The position numbers were made by a program, and so were the translations under genes. Below are positions 8,949 to 16,483 of a stretch of DNA of 19,051 bases, piece by piece (the stretch's first letter is position 1; every line of letters begins with the position of its first letter). Below the pieces are notes generated by a model that had not been told where the DNA came from, searched no databases, and was given only the letters and a program-made list of their open reading frames with translations. The stretch covers positions 1-19,051 of the forward strand of contig CBFDTI010000021.1 of the NCBI GenBank assembly GCA_965612795.1, in the 5' to 3' direction. This DNA is from an uncultured bacterium (GTDB lineage: Bacteria; Hydrothermota; UBA3073; NMUJ01).

Positions 8949-9749
8949 TCAACCACCGCACGATTGAGGGGTACGGATGATTACGATAGGGGTGCCGATA
9001 CCTATACCCAATATTTCAGCACATGAACTGTTCTTAACACTAACCTCAAGCATATGGAAAGAGTCAAATAATGCGATAATTTCACCGTCTTTCGCCTCAC
9101 AGTACGAGGTGGAAATCTGGGTTATCACTTTACCTGCCACGTGTAGCTCAAACCGTGCATTGCCGACGAAGGATTTGAAAGCATCTTCTGATACATTAGA
9201 GATGAGGTTGCCAAACCTATCCACGTGGATGATCTCACCTATAAGTTTATCACCTATCTGCTTTGGCTGTGGTAACTCAATACGTACGATGGTGTTAAGC
9301 TTGGACCCAAAATCATCAACTGGTATACCTTTCGATAAATGTGCAGCTACCGGTGCGAATATGTCACGGCCATGAAACGTACTTGATACTGGATGTAGAA
9401 AGTACTTATCATTGGTGAGCCAGATTACTCTGGTGATAGAATTGGGGTGAATGAATGAAAATATGCCATTGTCAGGGCCGATGAAATAGTAATCATCAGC
9501 CTCTATAAGGATAGGCTTACGTGTGGTACCTACTCCGGGGTCGACGACTGCAACAAATATGGTACCTTTAGGAAAATATTTATATGAGTGCATAAGCAGT
9601 AAACAAGCTGTACGAACCGCCTGTGGAGCCACTTCATGGGTGATATCAACAATATGGACGTTGGGATTTATGCGTAATATAACGGCTTTCATTACACCGA
9701 CGAAGATATCTTGGTGACCAAAATCCGTAAGCAACGCTATGATACGCAT
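8949..9749 (-). CDS. SAM hydroxide adenosyltransferase (DUF62; chlorinase/fluorinase superfamily)
   Basis: LLTDFG, VVDPGVGTTR, GPDNG, STFHGRDIFAP, DRFGNL. Start moved to ATG 9749 (MRIIALLTDFG); the track's TTG 9782 is part of the -35 box. Confidence 0.93.
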   Translation of the reverse strand: MRIIALLTDFGHQDIFVGVMKAVILRINPNVHIVDITHEVAPQAVRTACLLLMHSYKYFPKGTIFVAVVDPGVGTTRKPILIEADDYYFIGPDNGIFSFIHPNSITRVIWLTNDKYFLHPVSSTFHGRDIFAPVAAHLSKGIPVDDFGSKLNTIVRIELPQPKQIGDKLIGEIIHVDRFGNLISNVSEDAFKSFVGNARFELHVAGKVITQISTSYCEAKDGEIIALFDSFHMLEVSVKNSSCAEILGIGIGTPIVIIRTPQSCGG

Positions 9750-9754
9750 GTGAT

Positions 9755-9782
9755 AGAATAGCTTAGTGTAGAAGGTTGTCAA
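9755..9782 (-). promoter_or_regulatory. Putative sigma70 promoter of DUF62 (leaderless)
   Basis: Minus strand: TTGACA (9782-9777), 16 nt, TATTCT (9760-9755), 5 nt, ATG 9749. Confidence 0.65.
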
Positions 9783-9832
9783 CGTGTCACCCGCAGTAAG
9801 TGGATTATATTAAATTGCAAAAGGAGGTAAAA

Positions 9833-10816
9833 ATGGGTATCCGAGTGATAAATTATTCCGAAAAAGATGTTGAGGCCAGAACTGTTAAATCAATAAAAGA
9901 ATGTATTTCCTACATAGGTAGAGGGGTCACGTGGATCGATGTTAAAGAACCCACACCTACGGTTATACATGAATTAGGGGAATACCTCAACCTACACCAA
10001 CTCGTGGTGAAAGAACTGACCAAACCCCACGGTAGGTCACATTATGAGGACTTTGGGGAGTACCTATTCATTGCTATGATGGTACCAAGCTATGGCAAGC
10101 AGCACGTACATGTGAGCAGGGTTAGCATAATAATGAGTAAGGATTATGTGTTGACCATACAACACCAACCAACCCATATATTGGAGCCTATCGTTGAGCG
10201 GCTAAGCACTACAGGTACACGTATACGTAAGATGGGTACCGATTATCTCCTTTACGTGATAATTGATAGTGTTGTGGCACAGATATTTCCGATTTTGGAA
10301 AGATTAGGCGAACGTATCGAACGAATAGAGGATGAACTGGTCATCAACCCCACTACGAGGACACTCGAAAGAATACATAGGTTACGTAGGGAGTTGCTTG
10401 TAATACGTCGAAACGTGTGGCCACTGAGGGAGATATTATACAGTATGGTGGAAACAGAATCTCCACTCATAAAAGAGGAGACAATACCATACCTACGCAA
10501 TAGTTATGGACATGCGATCGATATACTCGATATAGTTGAAACACAACACGAAACTATGGGTGAAATGTTGGACGTGTACCTATCGAGTGTAAGCAATAGA
10601 ATGAATGAGGTGATAAAGATGCTCACCATCATAGGTACGATATTTATACCGTTGACATTCATAACCGGAATATATGGGATGAACTTCAACACAAGGGTTA
10701 GCCCATGGAATATGCCAGAGCTTAACTGGTATTGGGGATACCCCATCATCATGGGGTTGATGGCAGTGATGGCAGGTGGTATGTTGGTTTACTTCAAACG
10801 CCGTGGTTGGATATAA
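9833..10816 (+). CDS. corA: Magnesium/cobalt transporter CorA
   Basis: TFITGIYGMNF (GMN signature), MPEL, two C-terminal TM helices, basic tail. SD AGGAGGT supports ATG 9833. Confidence 0.96.
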   Translation: MGIRVINYSEKDVEARTVKSIKECISYIGRGVTWIDVKEPTPTVIHELGEYLNLHQLVVKELTKPHGRSHYEDFGEYLFIAMMVPSYGKQHVHVSRVSIIMSKDYVLTIQHQPTHILEPIVERLSTTGTRIRKMGTDYLLYVIIDSVVAQIFPILERLGERIERIEDELVINPTTRTLERIHRLRRELLVIRRNVWPLREILYSMVETESPLIKEETIPYLRNSYGHAIDILDIVETQHETMGEMLDVYLSSVSNRMNEVIKMLTIIGTIFIPLTFITGIYGMNFNTRVSPWNMPELNWYWGYPIIMGLMAVMAGGMLVYFKRRGWI

Positions 10817-11518
10817 TTAGCTTTTTAGCGATTGTAACCATTTAAGTAGTTCAGCGTCTTCCACTGGGGGATGCTGGGTAAGCCACCTGGCTAACCGCCA
10901 TGGACGGGTGGGTGTGGGTTCACCTTTTATGTTTAAGGTGCCGATGACACGCCCTATACGGGGTAGGTCGTACATGCTATCGATCTGGCAGTTATGCTTG
11001 GCAAGCACTGTACGGAACTGCTGGCGTGCCCAGGATTCAAACCTTTGAAGTGTATCAGTAATCTCGTAACGGTTAGCATCGGTCACCTGCCAACGTGGTA
11101 TACGGAAATAGAGGCATACTCCATTACCGGTGATGGCAAGCAAGGGTCGCTTGTAGCTGGAACGTTCAAACCACTCCGCTATGTGGTGGCCAACTTCTAT
11201 CGCATGTGAAAGCTCATCCTCTGTGGCAGGTGTTTCAGGTGCCCGTATTGGGTCGATATCGAGCACTAATATCTGTACAGCAACTATATCGAACATGGTC
11301 GCAGATTTGCGTAGACCAGGTTGACGTTCACGTAGCACAGCGTAAAGATTACGACGGCCTGACCAGTTGCGACATACTTCGATGAACTTATCCTCATCCT
11401 TTACAATCTTGCATATGGGGTATTTGCCACGTTGTAGTAAACGGAGCTCGGTTTCATGCTGATGATCCAATATCTTATAGAAGAAGCGTGCATCAGCTTC
11501 TAAGAATGTGACTGCCAT
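10817..11518 (-). CDS. Hypothetical protein with AEP/RepB'-like primase-domain motifs (stand-alone, divergent)
   Basis: hhhDhDP (VLDIDP, D87/D89), TGNGVCLYF, ID(180)...RIGRVIGTLNIKG, RPWR. Start overlaps the IPCT/DIPPS 3' end by 19 bp; stop abuts the corA stop. Confidence 0.65.
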   Translation of the reverse strand: MAVTFLEADARFFYKILDHQHETELRLLQRGKYPICKIVKDEDKFIEVCRNWSGRRNLYAVLRERQPGLRKSATMFDIVAVQILVLDIDPIRAPETPATEDELSHAIEVGHHIAEWFERSSYKRPLLAITGNGVCLYFRIPRWQVTDANRYEITDTLQRFESWARQQFRTVLAKHNCQIDSMYDLPRIGRVIGTLNIKGEPTPTRPWRLARWLTQHPPVEDAELLKWLQSLKS

Positions 11519-12834
11519 CGTACGGCGATGAGCATCATCTTGATACAGAAATGGGTAAGCCCACCCATTGCGATCAACATCCAGTAAGGTACGAAGAATA
11601 TGCTGCCTAGGAATATCATGAACAGACGTAGGTCACGTTTGGATAGGTAGTTCCAGACATTAAGTGGATACGGCTTATTGTAACGTAGGTGATACTCTTT
11701 ACGTGTGTAGCTGGCAAGTATGAACCCCGTGATGGGTAAAACCGCAAGCAATGGTGCCCACCAGTATGGTTGTAACCGCCAGTATCCGTAGGTGATACCC
11801 AAACATAGGATGAGCTCACCGTAGCGATCAAGTAACGTATCGAACCACCCACCAAAAGGACGTGCTTTATAGAGTAAACGTGCTACTTCGCCATCACAAC
11901 CGTCGAGTATGGAGGCTATCTGTACGAGTATGCCGGCGGCTATCCATAGCCAGGTTGTGGTGGAAGTAAACATAACCGCAGCAATCACCGATAGTAACAA
12001 CACAGATAAGCTGATAAGGTTAGGATGAACCCTACAGCGTGCAAATAAGCGTGATAACTGTAACGATATGGGGCGATTGAGGTGACGTGAGATTATGCCA
12101 TCCTCTTGGGGTTTGGGTAGCTGTCGAAGTAAAATGGTTTCAGCTACCTTGAGGTCGGTAGGTGTGTCGATATCACACCACATGAACCCATGTATAGGGG
12201 AGGCAACTAATTGAGCGGTTTGGATAAGTTGCAACATACCACCCGTTAGTGTATAATCGCCATGCTCAATGGACCTACGTAGTGCGGAGAAGATAGATCG
12301 ATGCAATATGAAAATACCAGTATCGATGGCGTTGAACTCATGTAGGTGTTTACCTATATTAAGTACACGGTTGTTGGGACCGATTTGAAGCTTGGTAGCT
12401 TCATGTAGCTTATCGCCTTTCGCTATATCGGTATCTGCAAGTATATAGGAAGTATTGGGTTGGCATGTGATACGTAAGAATTGTGATAATACTTGGGGGT
12501 CGAAAATATGATCGCCCATCAACAATAGAAAGTAGTCATCCACATGGGGTTCGGCTGCTAAAACTGAGGTGCCGTTACCTGATTCCCAATCAGGGTTGTA
12601 CACAATTTTGAGGTTGAGATGCTCACGGTGGGCGAACTCTTTGAGATATGAAGATATGGCTTCATGGGCGTAACCGACGACTATGATGAACTCATCGATA
12701 CCAGCAGCACGTGCATTGAGTATTATGCGGATGATGAGTGGTATACCAAGTAACGGGATGAGTGGTTTAGGTTTACCTCTGGTGAGCTTGGTAAGCCGTT
12801 CACCCTTACCTGCACATATTATTACGGCTTGCAT
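11500..12834 (-). CDS. Bifunctional inositol-1-phosphate cytidylyltransferase / CDP-alcohol phosphotransferase (IPCT/DIPPS-like)
   Basis: N-terminal NTP transferase (CAGKGERL, PKPL, GNGTS, LMGDH, DTGIF, WCDIDT) fused to DGIISRHLNRPIS and the CDP-AP motif DGCDGEVAR...GGWFDTLLD. Start moved to ATG 12834 (MQAVIICAG). Confidence 0.88.
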   Translation of the reverse strand: MQAVIICAGKGERLTKLTRGKPKPLIPLLGIPLIIRIILNARAAGIDEFIIVVGYAHEAISSYLKEFAHREHLNLKIVYNPDWESGNGTSVLAAEPHVDDYFLLLMGDHIFDPQVLSQFLRITCQPNTSYILADTDIAKGDKLHEATKLQIGPNNRVLNIGKHLHEFNAIDTGIFILHRSIFSALRRSIEHGDYTLTGGMLQLIQTAQLVASPIHGFMWCDIDTPTDLKVAETILLRQLPKPQEDGIISRHLNRPISLQLSRLFARCRVHPNLISLSVLLLSVIAAVMFTSTTTWLWIAAGILVQIASILDGCDGEVARLLYKARPFGGWFDTLLDRYGELILCLGITYGYWRLQPYWWAPLLAVLPITGFILASYTRKEYHLRYNKPYPLNVWNYLSKRDLRLFMIFLGSIFFVPYWMLIAMGGLTHFCIKMMLIAVRWQSHS

Positions 12835-12840
12835 GGAAAT

Positions 12841-12867
12841 AAGATAATCGAGATGGGTAAGTTTCAA
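12841..12867 (-). promoter_or_regulatory. Putative sigma70 promoter of IPCT/DIPPS (leaderless)
   Basis: Minus strand: TTGAAA (12867-12862), 15 nt, TATCTT (12846-12841), 6 nt, ATG 12834. The spacer is short. Confidence 0.45.
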
Positions 12868-12996
12868 GAACCTAAATGATAACAATGTAACGGATAACTT
12901 GATATATTGTAAGTTGCTGTATATTCATAATGTGGTGATAGATAGGTATGAGTTTATAAACGTCAAAAAGTGCTTGTTAATTGACAAGGGGTGGCC

Positions 12997-13893
12997 ATGG
13001 TTGTAAATGTAATGTTGGGGGTCATCCTTGTGTTAGTAGTTCTGGTGTTGTTGATTGTGATATTCAGAAGCAGACGTATCACACCGAGCGAAGTAGAGGC
13101 TGCAATACTTAAGGGCTGGATGGAGTTGAAGCTGGACGAGAAATTGGGCAAAATATCGGAAATAGCAGATAATATCGCGGAGTCACATACGAGGTTGGAG
13201 AATCTATTGCGTGCACCAACGGCACGCGGGACATTTGGTGAGCTGGGGTTAGAGACGATATTGAAAGACCAGCTACCACCTAATATGTATGGTATAAGAG
13301 AGGAGGTGTTCGAAGGTAAACGTCCTGATGCATATATAAAATCGACTGTTGGAATAATATGCATAGACTCGAAGTTCCCGTTGGAAAACTTTCGTAAGAT
13401 GGTTGAAGCCAAGGATGAAGCTACAGAAAAGGAATTTAAGAAAAAGTTTCGTGAGGATGTTAGACGGCATCTCAACAAGATAGCCGCTGACTATGTACGA
13501 CCTGAATTCGGTACTGCGGGGTTTGCATTCGCATACATACCATCGGAAGGCGTACATTACTATCTGTTGACAGAAGAGCTTGATATGATGCGCGAGTTTG
13601 CCACCCGTGGTGTGATAATCACGTCACCACTTACACTGGCACAGAGGATAGAACTCATAAAAGCGGGTGTGGAGGCAAAAAAGTTGTCAGAAGAAGCAGC
13701 TCGCATAAGGAAAGATCTTGTGGTATTAAACAGGATATTCGGTGAAATCGATAGGGATTGGCAAACCTTTTATGGACACCTGCGGAATGCATTCAACAAA
13801 GCAAGGGATATCGACGATAAATACAGTAAGCTGAAAGACGAATTTGAAAGGATCATAAAGAGCACGGTAAGTTGTGATGATACATGGGATTGA
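12997..13893 (+). CDS. rmuC: DNA recombination protein RmuC family
   Basis: N-terminal TM segment, RGTFGELGLE, RPDA, IDSKFPL (PD-(D/E)xK-like), YIPSEG, SPLTL. Start uncertain (12991 GTG, 12997 ATG or 13012 ATG). Confidence 0.9.
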   Translation: MVVNVMLGVILVLVVLVLLIVIFRSRRITPSEVEAAILKGWMELKLDEKLGKISEIADNIAESHTRLENLLRAPTARGTFGELGLETILKDQLPPNMYGIREEVFEGKRPDAYIKSTVGIICIDSKFPLENFRKMVEAKDEATEKEFKKKFREDVRRHLNKIAADYVRPEFGTAGFAFAYIPSEGVHYYLLTEELDMMREFATRGVIITSPLTLAQRIELIKAGVEAKKLSEEAARIRKDLVVLNRIFGEIDRDWQTFYGHLRNAFNKARDIDDKYSKLKDEFERIIKSTVSCDDTWD

Positions 13894-13976
13894 CAAGAGA
13901 TTATCAAAATTAAATTTGATGGGTGGCTGATCATTAAATGAAAAATGGGTAGCGGTACTGAAGGAAGTAAAAACAG

Positions 13977-15971
13977 ATGAGAGAGTTAACCGAGAAGGCG
14001 TCGGTTGGTATCTACCTGGTACAGGATGGTATATTCAAGTATGTAAACCCCAAGTTGACCGAAATATTTGGATATACTGCTGAGGAGTTAATCGACAAGA
14101 AAGGGCCTAAAGAGCTAGTCTTGCCAGAGGATTGGCCACGTGTAGAGGAGAACATTCGTAAGCAGATGTCGGGAGAGGTTGAATCCATTCGCTATGATTT
14201 CAGGGGAATAAAGAAGGACGGTGAAATTGTTTACGTTGAGGTTTATGATACAGCTATAATTTATCGTGGCCGGCCATCTATCGTTGGTATACTGAGGGAT
14301 ATCACACCACAAGTACGTGCGGAGGAGAGGTTAAAACATATTAACGCAGTATTATATGGTATACGGAAAGTTAACCAGCTTATCACAAGGGAGAAAAATC
14401 GCCACCGCCTACTTAAGGGAATCTGTGATGCTCTTGTTGAGACCGGGGGGTACTACCATGTATGGATCGCTCTTATCAATGAATCCGGTAAGCTTGTGAC
14501 GAGTGTCGAGTCGGGATTGGGCAAAACGTTCCAACCATTAAACGAGCAATTGAAACACGGTGTGTTACCTGTCTGTGGTAAGATGGCATTATCGCAAGCT
14601 GGAGTGGTGGCGATCCAGGATCAACGTGCAACATGTGGTGATTGCCCGTTAGTGGAGAAGTATGGCAATAAGGGAACGATGGTCACACGGTTAGAATATG
14701 AGGGGAAGGTTTACGGACTCATGTCTGTGTCCATCCCCACACGTATGGTGATGGATGAAGAGGAGCAGGTGCTGTTTGAAGCAGTAAGTAAAGACATAGC
14801 TTTTGCTCTACATGATATAGAGCTGGATGAAGAGCGTAAACGGGCTGAAAGTGCACTACGTGAAAGTGAGGAACGGTTTCGTACGCTTACTGAGAAAGCG
14901 CTCGTCGGTGTATATATTTTTCAGGATAATAGATTTCTGTATGCTAATCCTGCATTTGCAAAGATTTTTGGCTATAAACCTGAAGAAATAGTAGGTAAGT
15001 TGGGGCCATTGGATTTGACACATCCAGATGACCGCCATATGGTTATTGAAAACATTCGACGTCGGTTGACAGGAGAGATAGAATCTGCGCATTACACGTT
15101 TCGTGGGATTCGCAAGGATGGTAGTATCATCTACTGTGAGGCAATAGGACGGCGGATTGAATATCACGGTCAACCTGCTATTATTGGAACCCTTATGGAT
15201 ATTACTGAACGTAAACGTGCTGAGAGGGAGCTCCAGGATGCATATAGAAGGTTGCAACGTGCTTATGAGGAGCTTAAGGCGCTCGATAAATTAAAAAGAA
15301 ACCTTATCGCCAATGTAAGTCATGAGCTACGTACGCCGTTGACTATTATCAAGAGTGCCCTGGAGCTTGCAATAGAGGAGACAGACCCGGATAAAAGGAA
15401 TAAGTTTTTGGGCATGGCAATGGATGCAGTTGCACGTCAAACGCTGGTTATCGATAACTTAATAGAAGCTGCACGTATGGAGAAAGGGCAACGTGAGTTT
15501 AATATAACGGATGTGGACATAGCTGATGTGATAACACAAGTAAGTGATGAGTTTAAATCCATGGCTATCAAAAATGACATAAAAATAGAGGTAAACGTGA
15601 AACAGAACCTACCAATGGTGAAAGCAGACCAAGACAAGCTACGGTACGCGCTACGTAATCTTATCAGTAATGCGATAAAATTTAACAAACCAGGCGGTAG
15701 TGTCCGGATTACGGCTAGGAAGAAGAAAGATATGGTTGAAGTTTGTGTCAGTGATACAGGGATAGGTATCCCAAAAGAAGAGCAAACGAGAATATTTGAA
15801 CCTTTCTACCAAGTAAATAGCTCGCTCACGAAGCGATACAGTGGTGCTGGGTTGGGATTAGCTATAGTGAAGGAAATCGTCGAGGGGCACGGTGGTAAGA
15901 TAACCGTAAAGAGCGAAGTAGATAAAGGTAGTACGTTTTGCTTTGTGTTGCCGATTAAAGAAAAAGAATAA
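13977..15971 (+). CDS. Cytoplasmic PAS-GAF-PAS sensor histidine kinase
   Basis: Two PAS/PAC units ending in DIT, an intervening GAF, H-box SHELRTPL, N-box NLISNAIKF, G1 DTGIGI, F-box IFEPFYQ, G2 GAGLGL; no TM segment. Confidence 0.95.
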   Translation: MRELTEKASVGIYLVQDGIFKYVNPKLTEIFGYTAEELIDKKGPKELVLPEDWPRVEENIRKQMSGEVESIRYDFRGIKKDGEIVYVEVYDTAIIYRGRPSIVGILRDITPQVRAEERLKHINAVLYGIRKVNQLITREKNRHRLLKGICDALVETGGYYHVWIALINESGKLVTSVESGLGKTFQPLNEQLKHGVLPVCGKMALSQAGVVAIQDQRATCGDCPLVEKYGNKGTMVTRLEYEGKVYGLMSVSIPTRMVMDEEEQVLFEAVSKDIAFALHDIELDEERKRAESALRESEERFRTLTEKALVGVYIFQDNRFLYANPAFAKIFGYKPEEIVGKLGPLDLTHPDDRHMVIENIRRRLTGEIESAHYTFRGIRKDGSIIYCEAIGRRIEYHGQPAIIGTLMDITERKRAERELQDAYRRLQRAYEELKALDKLKRNLIANVSHELRTPLTIIKSALELAIEETDPDKRNKFLGMAMDAVARQTLVIDNLIEAARMEKGQREFNITDVDIADVITQVSDEFKSMAIKNDIKIEVNVKQNLPMVKADQDKLRYALRNLISNAIKFNKPGGSVRITARKKKDMVEVCVSDTGIGIPKEEQTRIFEPFYQVNSSLTKRYSGAGLGLAIVKEIVEGHGGKITVKSEVDKGSTFCFVLPIKEKE

Positions 15972-16348
15972 TGACAAAGATACTGGTGGTTGAGGATGAG
16001 CCCGAGATACGGATTTTGGTAAAAACAATATTAGAGAAAGCGGGTTATTCTGTTGTAGAAGCTGAAGACGGGGAAGCTGCGCTTAGGTTGGTTAATGAAG
16101 AGAAACCTGACTTGGTGTTGCTGGATGTGATGATACCCTGTATCGAGGGATGGGAAGTATGCAGAAAGATAAGGGAGAACGAAGCCACAAAGAGGCTACC
16201 AATAATTATGGTGACAGTTAGGACAACTAAGGAGGATGTACAGCGTAGTGTTGAATGTGGTGCAAATGCACATATTAATAAGCCGTTTGATCAAAAGGAG
16301 CTGTTGGACACTATTAAGAAATTATTAGGTGAAGCTTCCTCCTCTTGA
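15971..16348 (+). CDS. Single-domain response regulator (receiver only)
   Basis: ILVVEDE, PDLVLLDVM (phospho-Asp), IIMVT, KPF; TAATG stop/start overlap with the kinase. Confidence 0.95.
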   Translation: MTKILVVEDEPEIRILVKTILEKAGYSVVEAEDGEAALRLVNEEKPDLVLLDVMIPCIEGWEVCRKIRENEATKRLPIIMVTVRTTKEDVQRSVECGANAHINKPFDQKELLDTIKKLLGEASSS

Positions 16349-16483
16349 GAGATACCTTTCGTTTCTACAGCGAAGGAGATCGTGGAAGCCCATGGTGGAA
16401 CGATATGGGTTGACGGTTCAGATATGTCACATAAATACCATGAACTCATGTTGAACAGTATGCCAGCTACTCGGTATGGGTAA
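16349..16483 (+). pseudogene. Relic of a histidine kinase HATPase C-terminus
   Basis: In frame after the receiver's TGA: EIPFVSTAKEIVEAHGGTIWVDGS...*, matching VKEIVEGHGGKITV of the upstream kinase; no start codon before the motif. Confidence 0.65.

Noticed and set aside
8949..9749. Possible SAM-dependent halogenase (fluorinase/chlorinase)
   Set aside because: The TFHGRD and DPGVG..R residues fit the hydroxide adenosyltransferase (DUF62) subgroup, and there is no biosynthetic cluster context.
8195..12834. GGGPS + CDP-alcohol phosphotransferase as an archaetidylinositol lipid cluster
   Set aside because: The transferase is the IPCT-fused DIPPS type for soluble substrates, sits in a separate transcription unit, and DGGGPS/CarS are not in the window.
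10817..13893. Prophage or integrated plasmid around the primase-like gene and rmuC
   Set aside because: No integrase, helicase, structural genes, tRNA or flanking direct repeats.
13977..15230. Internal duplication PAS1/PAS2
   Set aside because: An ordinary diverged domain repeat of sensor kinases, not a DNA-level repeat element.
16346..16348. TGA as selenocysteine or recoded codon
   Set aside because: The receiver domain is complete at this point, the downstream peptide is only a fragment, and TGA is a normal stop in many other genes here.
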